In this document: piece after piece, positions 10,340-19,315 of the stretch
How the letters are laid out: each line of letters opens with the position of its first letter
Numbering within the stretch: the stretch's first letter is position 1
Assembly: GCF_011745685.2 (NCBI RefSeq)
Contig: NZ_JABUXO010000028.1
DNA from: Bacillus rugosus
GTDB lineage: Bacteria > Bacillota > Bacilli > Bacillales > Bacillaceae
Strand: one strand, 5' to 3'
Length of the DNA: 24,000 bases
The notes under the pieces: generated by a model
Told to the model about the DNA's origin: nothing
Database searches by the model: none
What the model saw: only the letters and a program-made list of their open reading frames with translations
Made by a program: the position numbers and the translations under genes

Positions 10340-10373
10340 AAAAAAACAGCCGCTCAATCTTCGGCTGCTTTTT
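10340..10373 (-). terminator. Intrinsic terminator of yugS
   Basis: Stem CAGCCG (10347-10352) / CGGCTG (10362-10367). On the minus strand it is followed by T7, directly after the yugS stop (10372-10374). Confidence 0.8.
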
Positions 10374-11664
10374 ATAAAAAGTCGGTTTTTTTAATTTCTA
10401 CAAAACGGATATGATGATCTTCGGCATCGAGGATTTTAAATTCACACCCCTCCGCGTGTATTACATCTCCTGCTTTCAGCTCCATTTTTTGCGTCAGAAG
10501 CCAGCCTGCAATCGTATCAATTTCTTCGTTTTCAATCGCAATGTCAAATAGATCGTTTACTTCGTCTATTAACGCTTTTCCATCCATCACATAATGATGC
10601 TCGCCTTTTTTCAAAATATGAGGCGTTTCATCCTGGTCATATTCATCGCGGATTTCCCCGACGATTTCCTCGATAATATCCTCGACAGTGACAAGCCCCG
10701 CCGTTCCGCCGTATTCATCTACGAGAATGGCCATGTGAATCCGCTCCTTCTGCATGCGGATCAAAAGCTGCTGAACAGGGATGCTTTCAATAACTCTGAT
10801 GACGGGCCTCATGATCTGCTTCAGCTTAATCGGCTGTCCGAGAAAATAAGCTTTAAACATATCTTTGCTGTTGATGATCCCTAAAATATGATCTTTGTCT
10901 TCTTTAATGACAGGGTAACGTGTATACCGTTCATTTATGATGTGATGAATCGCCTCTTCTAACGACTGCTCCAGAGAGATGACCGCAATTTCTGTCCGCG
11001 GAATCATAATCTCTCTTGCTACCCGGTTGTCGAATTCAAAAATCTTATTTACATAGCGGAATTCTGACTGATTGATTTCTCCCTTTTCATAGCTTTCTGA
11101 AAGGATCAGCCTCAGTTCCTCCTCGCTAATGACAACCTCATGCTCCTTCACTGAATGAAAGCCAAATAATTTTACAAGAAAGCTTGCTGAGCCGTTCAAT
11201 GCTTTAATAAACGGATACGTGATTTTATAAAACCAGATCAGCGGCTTTGCAATCCATAAACTGACAGCTTCAGCCTTTTGAATGGAAACCGTTTTCGGGG
11301 CAAGCTCACCCATTACCACATGCAAAAAAGTGACGATGATAAATGCAATTACAAATGTGACAATGTGGTTAAACGGTTCCGGTATGCCTGTCGCTGTAAA
11401 TAAGGGATGAAGAATGCGTTCAAATGTCGGTTCACCAAGCCATCCAAGGCCGAGGGCTGTAATCGTAATCCCGAGCTGGCAGGCTGATAAATACTCGTCA
11501 AGATTGGAGATGATTTTATGTGCGGCAAGCGCCCGGCTGTCACCGCTTTCGATGAGCTGATTGATTTTTGAACCTCTGATTTTGACAATCGCAAATTCCG
11601 CTGCAACGAAAACAGCCGTAATGCCAATCAAAACAAAAATGGCGATCAATTGTAAAATAAGCAA
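10372..11664 (-). CDS. yugS: DUF21-CBS pair-CorC/HlyC family membrane protein (hemolysin-like / putative divalent-ion transporter), ~430 aa
   Basis: TM-rich N-terminus (DUF21), tandem CBS region (IMIPRTEIAVISL...YPVI; IMRPVIRVIESIP...ILVDEYGGTAGLVTVEDIIEEIVGEIRDE) and a CorC_HlyC tail. The only in-frame start after the upstream TAA is TTG 11664-11662, so the start call is less certain than the gene call. Confidence 0.88.
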   Translation of the reverse strand: MLILQLIAIFVLIGITAVFVAAEFAIVKIRGSKINQLIESGDSRALAAHKIISNLDEYLSACQLGITITALGLGWLGEPTFERILHPLFTATGIPEPFNHIVTFVIAFIIVTFLHVVMGELAPKTVSIQKAEAVSLWIAKPLIWFYKITYPFIKALNGSASFLVKLFGFHSVKEHEVVISEEELRLILSESYEKGEINQSEFRYVNKIFEFDNRVAREIMIPRTEIAVISLEQSLEEAIHHIINERYTRYPVIKEDKDHILGIINSKDMFKAYFLGQPIKLKQIMRPVIRVIESIPVQQLLIRMQKERIHMAILVDEYGGTAGLVTVEDIIEEIVGEIRDEYDQDETPHILKKGEHHYVMDGKALIDEVNDLFDIAIENEEIDTIAGWLLTQKMELKAGDVIHAEGCEFKILDAEDHHIRFVEIKKTDFL

Positions 11665-11692
11665 AAAAAGCCCTTACCATAAATGGTAAGGG
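11663..11692 (-). terminator. Terminator-like hairpin plus T7 inside the yugP-yugS junction
   Basis: Minus strand reads CCCTTACCA-TTTA-TGGTAAGGG (plus 11671-11692), then C and T7 (11663-11669). The last two Ts of that run form the start of the yugS TTG codon. Confidence 0.6.
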
Positions 11693-11707
11693 GCCACCTC
11701 CTTAACG

Positions 11708-12385
11708 TTAATTCTCATTACGACCGTTTAAGAAAATCATCACAAAGCGAAGAAGTTCAAAGAGGGAAACCAGGGCGGCAGCCACATACGTTAAGGCAGC
11801 GGCGCTCAGCACTTTATTTACCCCATTCTCTTCATTGTTCCGGATGAATCCTTCTGACACAATAATTTGCTTCGCGCGCGAACTTGCATTGAATTCGACA
11901 GGCAGTGTAATCAGCTGGAAAAAGACAGCGGCTGAAAATAGAATGATGCCAAGCCCGATCAAATTCAGGCTGCCGAGAAGCATACCTCCTAAGAAAAGCA
12001 TAGGAGCTATACCGGATGCAAAATTCACGACTGGGAAGATTTTATGTCTAAGCACAAGCGCACCATATGACTCCTGATGCTGCAAGGCATGTCCGACTTC
12101 ATGGGAAGCTACGGAGATGGCGGAAATTGAGCGGCCGTAATAGACCGGCTCAGATAAACGCACCACCCGTCTTGTCGGGTCGTAATGGTCTGTTAAAGTG
12201 CCTCTTACCGGTTCGACCGGCACGTCGTAAAGACCGTTTATATCTAAAATCCGTCTTGCCGTTTCTGCCCCTGTACGTCCGCTTGAGGCTTCCACTTTTG
12301 AATATTTTTCAAAGTTGCTCTTCACTTTAAATTGTGCCCAAAACGACAATCCCAATGCGGCTATTGTTAAAAATATAAACAGCAT
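11708..12385 (-). CDS. yugP: YugP-family membrane zinc metallopeptidase, 225 aa
   Basis: HEXXH motif (SHEVGHALQH) flanked by TM segments. N-terminus MLFIFLTIAALGLSFWAQFKVKSNFEKYSK. SD AAAGGATGA upstream. Confidence 0.9.
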   Translation of the reverse strand: MLFIFLTIAALGLSFWAQFKVKSNFEKYSKVEASSGRTGAETARRILDINGLYDVPVEPVRGTLTDHYDPTRRVVRLSEPVYYGRSISAISVASHEVGHALQHQESYGALVLRHKIFPVVNFASGIAPMLFLGGMLLGSLNLIGLGIILFSAAVFFQLITLPVEFNASSRAKQIIVSEGFIRNNEENGVNKVLSAAALTYVAAALVSLFELLRFVMIFLNGRNEN

Positions 12386-12429
12386 TTTTCATCATCCTTT
12401 TTCCAAGATCAAATCTTTCTTTATTACAA

Positions 12430-12693
12430 TTATTTTAATGAGTTTTCTTTCTCCTGTACAGAAAAGCGCTTCTTCTTCCGGCTCGGAGCACACATTCCAA
12501 TCAGCAGAAAGAGCAGTCCTGCTGAAAACAAATAAAAGGCAAAGCTGCCGACCAGCTCTTTCAGAAAGCGAAGCCAGGAAAAGCTGCCGGAAAAGTGATT
12601 ATATGAATTCAAATCGAAAATAAACAAAATCACCGCGGATGCTGCCAGCTGCGTACCGATCAAAACCACGATCGTTCTTTGAATGATCGTCAT
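12430..12693 (-). CDS. Small integral membrane protein, 87 aa (possibly the gene annotated yuzI in strain 168; not verified)
   Basis: ORF with three hydrophobic segments (IVVLIGTQLAASAVILFIF; SFAFYLFSAGLLFLLIG) and a basic tail. SD AAAGGATGA lies 7 nt before ATG 12693. It ends 44 nt upstream of yugP, on the same strand. Confidence 0.65.
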   Translation of the reverse strand: MTIIQRTIVVLIGTQLAASAVILFIFDLNSYNHFSGSFSWLRFLKELVGSFAFYLFSAGLLFLLIGMCAPSRKKKRFSVQEKENSLK

Positions 12694-12807
12694 CTGTTTT
12701 CATCCTTTTTGTTTTAGTTTATGGAGAAATCCGTTTTATATGTTTTGTTCATTTTTTGATAAACATCACCGGAAGTGGGACATACTGTTAAAAAAAGCAC
12801 GGGTGTG

Positions 12808-13071
12808 ATGGAAGCCATGAAAGTGACGAGTGAGGAAAGGGAACAGCTGAGCACAGCAATCGACCGAATGAATGAAGGTCTGGACGCATTTATTCAGCTT
12901 TATAATGAATCGGAAATCGATGAGCCGCTTATTCAGCTTGATGATGATACCGCCGATTTAATGAAGCAGGCTCGAGATATGTACGGCCAGGAAAAGCTAA
13001 ACGAGAAATTAAATACGATTATTAAACAGATTTTATCCATCTCATTATCTGAAGAAGGAGAAAAAGAATGA
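12808..13071 (+). CDS. mstX: Mistic (MstX) membrane-associating protein, short form (87 aa from ATG 12808; 84 aa from ATG 12817)
   Basis: Sequence ...MEAMKVTSEEREQLSTAIDRMNEGLDAFIQLYNESEIDEPLIQLDDDTADLMKQARDMYGQEKLNEKLNTIIKQILSISLSEEGEKE matches published Mistic. Its stop overlaps the yugO start (ATGA at 13068-13071). The track start GTG 12775 has no SD. Start choice is discussed in the findings. Confidence 0.85.
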   Translation: MEAMKVTSEEREQLSTAIDRMNEGLDAFIQLYNESEIDEPLIQLDDDTADLMKQARDMYGQEKLNEKLNTIIKQILSISLSEEGEKE

Positions 13072-14051
13072 AATCAAATCGGATATTTATTTCATGGCTC
13101 AGGTGGCCGTTATTTATCCGAATCGGGGTTATTATTTTATTTCTGATTCTTTTGTTTGGCCAAATCATTTATATTCTTGAGCCGAAGCAGTTCACTTCAG
13201 TGTTTGAGGGCATTTGGTGGGCTGTCGTTACGGTTTCGACTGTTGGCTACGGAGATTATGTGCCGCACACGCCGCTGGGACAGGCGGCTGGAATATTGCT
13301 GATTTTGAGCGGAGCAAGCTTTGTTACTGCATATTTCGCCACTTTATCAGCGGCCGCATTCAGCAGACAGCACCGTTACATCGAAGGAAAGGTCGCTTAC
13401 AAAGGGCGCGGCCACATTATATTGATCGGGTGGAATGAAAAAACAAACCGGCTGCTGAAGGACTTGCAGCTTGCGGCCCCTTCCAAGACGGTTGTATTGA
13501 TTGATGAATCCTTAAAACAAGGCCCGCTTATCGAAAACGTCCATTTTATACGCGGGCACGCTGCCGAAGATGAGACACTGAAACGGGCCAATATTACTGA
13601 AGCGGAATCAGTGATGATTACAGCCGACCAGTATAAAAGTGAAGCTGAAGCAGATATGCTGTCAGTGCTGATTCTTTTATCAGTTAAAGGGCTTAATCCC
13701 CTTGCTTACTGCATCGTCGAGATTTTGACTGACCGGTTTGTCACCAATGCGGAGCGGGCAGGCGCTAATCAAATCATCGGTACTTCAGAATTTATCAGCC
13801 GGGCGATGCTGCAGCATTACCAAATCAAAGTACGGCCGTCTAAGCAGAACGAAATCAATCTGACACTTGATCAGCATGTGAAGCTTCTTCCTGTTCCTGA
13901 TAATCTAAGGGGAGCCGCTTACAAAACGTGTGTCCTCTATTTTCTTGATCACAACACAACAATTATCGGCGTACAAAAAGAGGAAGGGCCGATGATTTCC
14001 CCTCCTCTAACATACAAGGTGCTCGAAACAGATCAATTCCTTGCGATCTAA
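13068..14051 (+). CDS. yugO: Potassium channel with cytoplasmic RCK/TrkA-N gating domain, 327 aa
   Basis: Selectivity filter TVGYGD (WWAVVTVSTVGYGDYV), two flanking TM helices, then an RCK-like domain (GHIILIGWNEKTNRLL...). SD GAAGGAG lies 7 nt before the ATG. Translationally coupled to mstX. Confidence 0.92.
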   Translation: MKSNRIFISWLRWPLFIRIGVIILFLILLFGQIIYILEPKQFTSVFEGIWWAVVTVSTVGYGDYVPHTPLGQAAGILLILSGASFVTAYFATLSAAAFSRQHRYIEGKVAYKGRGHIILIGWNEKTNRLLKDLQLAAPSKTVVLIDESLKQGPLIENVHFIRGHAAEDETLKRANITEAESVMITADQYKSEAEADMLSVLILLSVKGLNPLAYCIVEILTDRFVTNAERAGANQIIGTSEFISRAMLQHYQIKVRPSKQNEINLTLDQHVKLLPVPDNLRGAAYKTCVLYFLDHNTTIIGVQKEEGPMISPPLTYKVLETDQFLAI

Positions 14052-14452
14052 TGCAGCAGAACATCCTCCAATTCTTTCACAAGGGAGGCGCCGATATCCA
14101 AATACGCCGGATCAATTTCCGCGTCGCGCCTTTCCGGCTCGGAAAATTGATTAAACAGCGATTGGAACGGCCCTCCCTCGGCATAGTCGTCAAGGTCCGC
14201 CTGAAACACCTGCCTCAGCATAAACGGCGTTCCGATCCGGACGGCCGCCCCTCGTTCATCGAGACTGCCCTGAACCGCATTGACTGGAATCCTTAAAAAC
14301 AAATAGCCATTTGTATCATCAATTTTATAATCAAAGTAGCCGTGATCGTATTCCCAGCCGCCGTTTATCACATAACCGAGCGGCTTCATGACTTGTTCCA
14401 ATTCTTGAAGCAGAAAAGACTGTCCATCTATCGCGGAAGGTATTGTAATCAT
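14048..14452 (-). CDS. yugN: YugN-like protein, 134 aa, function unknown
   Basis: ORF MITIPSAIDGQSFLLQELEQVMKPLGYVINGGWEYDHGYFDYKIDD.... I prefer ATG 14452 over the track's TTG 14455 (SD AAAGGGG lies 8 nt upstream of the ATG). Position as in strain 168. Confidence 0.85.
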   Translation of the reverse strand: MITIPSAIDGQSFLLQELEQVMKPLGYVINGGWEYDHGYFDYKIDDTNGYLFLRIPVNAVQGSLDERGAAVRIGTPFMLRQVFQADLDDYAEGGPFQSLFNQFSEPERRDAEIDPAYLDIGASLVKELEDVLLH

Positions 14453-14512
14453 CAAAAATGCCCCTTTTTCACTTATCCTGTCCTGCCGAACAAGACTTCA
14501 TTCAGAGGCGAA

Positions 14513-14884
14513 CTACATGGAAATCGTTGTTTCTTTCGTGTGGCCAGCAGAAAAGAAAGCGCATTCAATTAAAAAGTAAACAGCCATTGCCGCAGCAAGC
14601 CCTACAGCCGATTCCCATGAGATATAAACAACTGCGGCATAGAGTCCTAATTTAGTGAAAAGAGCATGAGATCTTTTTAAATTCATCATCCGGTGTACCG
14701 CATCGGTAAAAAGCGCAAGCGGCAAACCAATAAGAAGAAAGGCGTGGATAAAAAAGTGTGATAGCGTGCCGCCAAAGCTTGAAGAAAACTCTGTATACAC
14801 GGCATCAAAGGAGACAAGGATACTTAGAACAACCGCAGAGAAACCGGCAATGATGAGATGTTTAACCATTTGTTTCATGAACAT
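14513..14884 (-). CDS. yugM: Small polytopic membrane protein, 123 aa
   Basis: Hydrophobic ORF MFMKQMVKHLIIAGFSAVVLSILVSF.... Start set at ATG 14884 (SD AAAGGTG directly upstream). The 165-aa track version would run through the pgi terminator into pgi. Confidence 0.8.
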   Translation of the reverse strand: MFMKQMVKHLIIAGFSAVVLSILVSFDAVYTEFSSSFGGTLSHFFIHAFLLIGLPLALFTDAVHRMMNLKRSHALFTKLGLYAAVVYISWESAVGLAAAMAVYFLIECAFFSAGHTKETTISM

Positions 14885-14902
14885 CAGCACCTTTCTGATT
14901 TT

Positions 14903-14937
14903 ATAAAAAGCCGACCGGCAAATGCCAGTCAGCTTTT
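14903..14937 (-). terminator. Intrinsic terminator of pgi
   Basis: Minus strand reads GCTGACTGGC-ATTT-GCCGGTCGGC followed by TTTTTATAAAA. The two non-Watson-Crick positions are G-U wobbles in minus-strand RNA but C-A mismatches in plus-strand RNA, which fits a minus orientation. Confidence 0.85.
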
Positions 14938-14942
14938 CCACA

Positions 14943-16295
14943 TTAATCTTCCAGACGTTTTTCAAGCTCTGCTTTTTTCTCTTCAAAGCCAGGTTTGCCA
15001 AGCAATGCAAACATATTGACTTTATATGCCTCTACTCCAGGCTGGTCAAACGGATTGACGCCAAGGAGATAACCGCTCATCGCACAGGCTTTTTCGAAGA
15101 AGTATACAAGGTATCCAAAAGTATATGCATTCAGCTCAGGAATGTTGACGATTAAGTTCGGAACATTTCCGTCTGTATGAGCAAGCATCGTGCCTTGGAA
15201 CGCTTTCTTGTTAACGAAATCTATCGTTTTTCCAGCTAAATAATTTAAGCCGTCAAGATCGTTATCCGCTTCTTCGATTGTCAGCTCATGTTTAGGTTTC
15301 TCTACATTCAGTACTGTTTCGAATAAATCTCTGCGGCCTTCCTGTACATACTGGCCTAATGAATGAAGGTCTGTTGAATAGTTAGCTGAAGAAGGATAAA
15401 TGCCCTTCTCATCCTTCCCTTCACTTTCTCCGAACAGCTGCTTCCACCATTCTGCAAAGTATTGAAGCGCCGGTTCGTAGTTGATGAGCATTTCAATTGT
15501 TTTGCCTTTATTATAAAGCACATTTCGTACGACCGCATATTGGTATGCAGGGTTTTCCTCCAATTCAGATGTTGCAAAATCTTTGCTCGCATCCAGTGCG
15601 CCTTTCATCATGTCGTCAATGTTGACGCCGCTGACAGCAATCGGCAAGAGGCCTACAGCTGTTAATACAGAATAACGGCCGCCGACGTCATCAGGAATGA
15701 CAAATGATTCAAAGCCTTCTTCGTTAGATAGCGTTTTTAATGCGCCGCGCTCCTTATCAGTTGTCGCATAAATCCGCGCTTTCGCTTCTTCTTTGCCGTA
15801 TTTCTCTTCAAGAAGCTTGCGGAAAATGCGGAAAGCGATTGCAGGTTCAGTTGTCGTACCTGATTTAGAAATCACATTAATAGAGAAGTCAACATCTTCA
15901 AGAAGATCCATGACATCTCTCATATAAGATGAACTGATGTTGTTTCCGATGAAAATCACTTGCGGATTGCCGCGTTTTGCTTTTGGCAAAGTGTTGTAAA
16001 ACGCGTGATTAAGCGCTTCAATCGCAGCCCGCGCCCCAAGGTAAGAACCGCCGATGCCGACAACAAGCAATACATCAGAGTCAGATTTGATTTTTTCCGC
16101 GCTTTTTTTAATGCGCGCGAATTCTTCTTTATCATAATGTTCAGGGAGGTCCACCCAGCCTAGAAAATCGCTGCCAGCGCCTGTTTTTTCATGAATATTA
16201 TGGTGTGCTGTTTTTACAAAGTCCCGCAGGTATGTAAGTTCATGTTCGTTGAAGAAAGTCAACGCTTTTGAGTAGTCAAAGCGTACATGCGTCAT
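14943..16295 (-). CDS. pgi: Glucose-6-phosphate isomerase, 450 aa
   Basis: PGI signatures [12 protein letters not shown] and [10 protein letters not shown]. Start at ATG 16295 ([12 protein letters not shown]) with SD GGAGGGA 6 nt upstream. The track ORF begins 5 codons earlier, inside that SD. Confidence 0.95.
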   Translation of the reverse strand: MTHVRFDYSKALTFFNEHELTYLRDFVKTAHHNIHEKTGAGSDFLGWVDLPEHYDKEEFARIKKSAEKIKSDSDVLLVVGIGGSYLGARAAIEALNHAFYNTLPKAKRGNPQVIFIGNNISSSYMRDVMDLLEDVDFSINVISKSGTTTEPAIAFRIFRKLLEEKYGKEEAKARIYATTDKERGALKTLSNEEGFESFVIPDDVGGRYSVLTAVGLLPIAVSGVNIDDMMKGALDASKDFATSELEENPAYQYAVVRNVLYNKGKTIEMLINYEPALQYFAEWWKQLFGESEGKDEKGIYPSSANYSTDLHSLGQYVQEGRRDLFETVLNVEKPKHELTIEEADNDLDGLNYLAGKTIDFVNKKAFQGTMLAHTDGNVPNLIVNIPELNAYTFGYLVYFFEKACAMSGYLLGVNPFDQPGVEAYKVNMFALLGKPGFEEKKAELEKRLED

Positions 16296-16365
16296 TGCTT
16301 GTCCCTCCATAACGGTATAATGTTTTCCTCTTTCACTTTATATGAACTTATCTGTGAAATCAAGT

Positions 16366-16399
16366 CAAGAAGAAAGGGCGGAATGACTGGATTCCGCCC
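16366..16399 (-). terminator. Intrinsic terminator of yugK
   Basis: Perfect 10-bp stem AGGGCGGAAT (16374-16383) / ATTCCGCCCT (16390-16399). The minus strand continues TTCTTCTT. Confidence 0.85.
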
Positions 16400-16406
16400 T
16401 CTGGGT

Positions 16407-17579
16407 TTATAGAGACGCGCGAAGGATGGCGAGCACGTCATCTTTGTTCAGTTTTTGGAAGTTGCCGAAGCCGCCGTGTTCCATTTCTTTTGCTGCGATA
16501 TCAGCAATCAGCTCAAGCTTTTCTTCTCCGATATTGTAATCGGCAAGACGGGAAGGCGCGCCGAGGCTTGTCCAGAATGCAGACAGCTTGTCGATGCCTT
16601 CAAGCGCAATTTCTTTATCTGTTTTGCCTTCAGGATCAATGTCAAACATGTTGAGCATGAGGTTTTTAAAGCGGCCGACATTTGTATCAAGCGTGTATCT
16701 CATCCAGTTCGGAAATAGAATCGCAAGTCCGCCCGCATGCGGAATATCATACACAGCTGAAACAGCGTGTTCCATTGTATGAGAAGCCCAGTCGCCAAAG
16801 TAGCCCATTTGGAGCGTTCCGTTTAAAGCGATTGTGCCTGCATACAAAATCGTTTCACGGTGCTCGTAGTTTTCCAGATCTTCAAGAAGCTTAGGAGCTG
16901 TTTCGATGACCGTCTGAAGAACCGCAAAGCACATTCTGTCCTGAAGCGGCGTGTTTTTAACATTATGGAAGTATTGTTCAAATACGTGGCTCATCATGTC
17001 AACCATGCCGTATACTGTTTGGTTTTCTGGGACAGTGAATGTATTTTCAGGATCTAAGATAGAGAAACGCGGATGAGTCACATTGCTGCCCCAAACATAT
17101 TTCTCGTTTGTTTCCCAGTTTGTAATCACGGAATCAGGATTCATTTCAGAACCTGTCGCAGCAAGGGTTAAAACAGTTCCGAACGGCAGCGCACTTTCTG
17201 CTGTTACTTTTTTGCTGAAAATATCCCAAGCGTCGCCGTCGTATTTTACTCCGGCAGCAATCGCTTTTGTGCAGTCGATGACACTTCCCCCTCCGACAGC
17301 AAGCAGAAAATCAATGTCATGCTCTCTGCATAGGGCTATGCCTTTTTCAACTGTCGCAAGACGCGGGTTCGGCTCTACACCTGACAGCTCATGAACAACA
17401 GCGCCTTCTTCTTTTAAAATGCCTGTAACTTGATCATAGAGGCCGTTGCGTTTAATGCTGCCGCCGCCGTAGACAAGCAGCACATTCTTGCCGTATTGTT
17501 TTAATTCTTTTCTTAATTGTTCAATCTGACCTTTTCCGAAGATCAGCCTCGTCGGATTATAATAAGTGAAATTTTCCAT
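16407..17579 (-). CDS. yugK: Iron-containing (group III) alcohol dehydrogenase, butanol dehydrogenase-like, 390 aa
   Basis: Fe-ADH motifs [13 protein letters not shown] and [20 protein letters not shown]. Paralog of the adjacent yugJ. Confidence 0.92.
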   Translation of the reverse strand: MENFTYYNPTRLIFGKGQIEQLRKELKQYGKNVLLVYGGGSIKRNGLYDQVTGILKEEGAVVHELSGVEPNPRLATVEKGIALCREHDIDFLLAVGGGSVIDCTKAIAAGVKYDGDAWDIFSKKVTAESALPFGTVLTLAATGSEMNPDSVITNWETNEKYVWGSNVTHPRFSILDPENTFTVPENQTVYGMVDMMSHVFEQYFHNVKNTPLQDRMCFAVLQTVIETAPKLLEDLENYEHRETILYAGTIALNGTLQMGYFGDWASHTMEHAVSAVYDIPHAGGLAILFPNWMRYTLDTNVGRFKNLMLNMFDIDPEGKTDKEIALEGIDKLSAFWTSLGAPSRLADYNIGEEKLELIADIAAKEMEHGGFGNFQKLNKDDVLAILRASL

Positions 17580-17640
17580 TGTAAAACCTCCAAAATGATG
17601 CTGGTAAAAAACAGATTTTCCATTGTAACATAAGTAGACA

Positions 17641-17682
17641 AAAAGAAAAAGGGAAGCAGCCTAACGGCTGTTTCCCCTTTTT
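17641..17682 (-). terminator. Intrinsic terminator of yugJ
   Basis: Stem GGGAAGCAGCC (17651-17661) / GGCTGTTTCCC (17666-17676), one mismatch, loop TAAC. A/T runs on both sides; begins right after the yugJ stop. Confidence 0.85.
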
Positions 17683-18846
17683 TTATAGAGATGCTTTTAA
17701 AATGGCAAGCACATCTTCTTTGTTAAGCGATTTAAATTGGCCGAATGTACCGTTAGCCATAGCCTTGTCAGCAATTGTATCAAGCTGCTCATCATTGATA
17801 TCATAATCAGCAAGACGGTTCGGAGCGCCAAGGCTTGTCCAGAATGCAGACAGCTTATCGATACCTTCAAGTGCGATTTCTTCATCGGTTTTACCTGCTT
17901 CTTCAACGCCAAACACGCGAACTGCAAGCTGTTTCATGCGGGCAGGGTTTTCAGACAATGTGTGTCTCATCCAGTTCGGGAACAGAATCGCCAGTCCGCC
18001 GGCATGCGGAATGTCATAAACGGCTGATACTGCATGTTCAATATTATGAGTTGCCCAATCCCCTCTTGCACCCATAGAAAGCATGCCGTTTAATGCAATT
18101 GTTCCTGTGTATAGGATCGTCTCACGCAATTCGTAATTTTCGAGATCATCGATCAGCTTAGGTGCTGTTTCAATGACTGTGCGCAGAAGTGATTCACACA
18201 TACGGTCCTGATACGGCGTGTTTGATACATGATGGAAGTATTGTTCGAATACGTGGCTCATCATGTCAACCATACCGTAGATCGTGTGATTTTTAGGAAC
18301 GGTGAACGTATTCACCGGATCAAGAATAGAAAATTTAGGGAATACGAGCGGGCTGCCCCAGCCGTATTTTTCTTTTGTTTCCCAGTTTGTAATCACCGAG
18401 CCTGAGTTCATTTCAGAACCAGTTGCAGCGAGAGTCAGTACAGTTCCGAATGGCAAAGCATCCTTCGGCTGATGTTTTTTCGTGACGATATCCCACGCAT
18501 CACCATCATACTTCGCTCCTGCGGCAATCGCTTTTGTACAGTCGATTACACTTCCGCCTCCGACAGCCAGCAAGAAATCAATGTTGTGTTCTTTGCAGAT
18601 GGCAACACCTTTATTAACAGTCGACACACGCGGATTCGGTTCTACACCTGCTAATTCATGCACGGTCACTCCGGCTTTATTTAGCTGTTCTATCACTTGA
18701 TCATACAGACCGCTGCGTTTAATACTTCCGCCTCCGTAGATAAGCAATACGTTTTTCCCGTAAGGTTTGAGTTCCTCCGGAAGTCTTTCCACTTCTCCGC
18801 GCCCGAAAATTAATTTGGTCGGATTCCAGTATGTAAAGTTTTGCAT
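17683..18846 (-). CDS. yugJ: Iron-containing (group III) alcohol dehydrogenase, butanol dehydrogenase-like, 387 aa
   Basis: Fe-ADH motifs [13 protein letters not shown] and [31 protein letters not shown] lies 6 nt before ATG 18846. Confidence 0.92.
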   Translation of the reverse strand: MQNFTYWNPTKLIFGRGEVERLPEELKPYGKNVLLIYGGGSIKRSGLYDQVIEQLNKAGVTVHELAGVEPNPRVSTVNKGVAICKEHNIDFLLAVGGGSVIDCTKAIAAGAKYDGDAWDIVTKKHQPKDALPFGTVLTLAATGSEMNSGSVITNWETKEKYGWGSPLVFPKFSILDPVNTFTVPKNHTIYGMVDMMSHVFEQYFHHVSNTPYQDRMCESLLRTVIETAPKLIDDLENYELRETILYTGTIALNGMLSMGARGDWATHNIEHAVSAVYDIPHAGGLAILFPNWMRHTLSENPARMKQLAVRVFGVEEAGKTDEEIALEGIDKLSAFWTSLGAPNRLADYDINDEQLDTIADKAMANGTFGQFKSLNKEDVLAILKASL

Positions 18847-19076
18847 GACATCTCCTCCTTAGATTTTTTATTATGCAGAATGTCCTCACTACATGTAAAG
18901 CAATCAGCTCTCGCCGGTCAACATATCGCATGGTTTTATATGGCAAGATGCTGGGAAAGAAACTGATATAGGTGAGGGCAGACAAGTTTCCCTCAATATG
19001 GAGAATGCATGTATAGATTCTCCAATATGTCACAATCTATAACTGTTTTAATAATTCATGGAGGAGGTTGCAAAAC

Positions 19077-19313
19077 ATGAGTACCATTCAGAGAATTTGT
19101 CTTGTTTTAACAATCATTGGCGCTATTAACTGGGGACTGATCGGATTTTTCCAATTTGACTTAGTAGCGGCCATCTTCGGCGGCCAAGGGTCAGCTCTTT
19201 CCCGCATTATTTACGGACTTGTCGGAATCGCCGGCTTAATCAACCTCGGTCTGCTGTTTAAACCAAACGAGGAAAGATCACGTGAAGAGGCAGCAAATCC
19301 TGAAATGCGATAG
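19077..19313 (+). CDS. yuzA: DUF378-family small membrane protein, 78 aa
   Basis: MSTIQRICLVLTIIGAINWGLIGFFQFDLVAAIFGG...; two TM helices. SD GGAGGAGG (19060-19067) lies 9 nt before ATG 19077. The track's TTG 19068 sits directly after the SD and is unlikely. Confidence 0.88.
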   Translation: MSTIQRICLVLTIIGAINWGLIGFFQFDLVAAIFGGQGSALSRIIYGLVGIAGLINLGLLFKPNEERSREEAANPEMR

Positions 19314-19315
19314 GA

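Noticed and set aside
16340-16368. Possible sigma-A promoter for pgi (TTGACT at the complement of 16363-16368)
   Set aside because: The -35 is good, but with a 17-18 nt spacer the -10 candidates (TCATAT, CATATA) match only 3 of 6 positions. This is not strong enough to list as a feature.
18719-19033. 104-aa minus-strand ORF spanning the yugJ start and upstream region
   Set aside because: It overlaps the yugJ N-terminus out of frame, has no SD, and covers the divergent promoter region.
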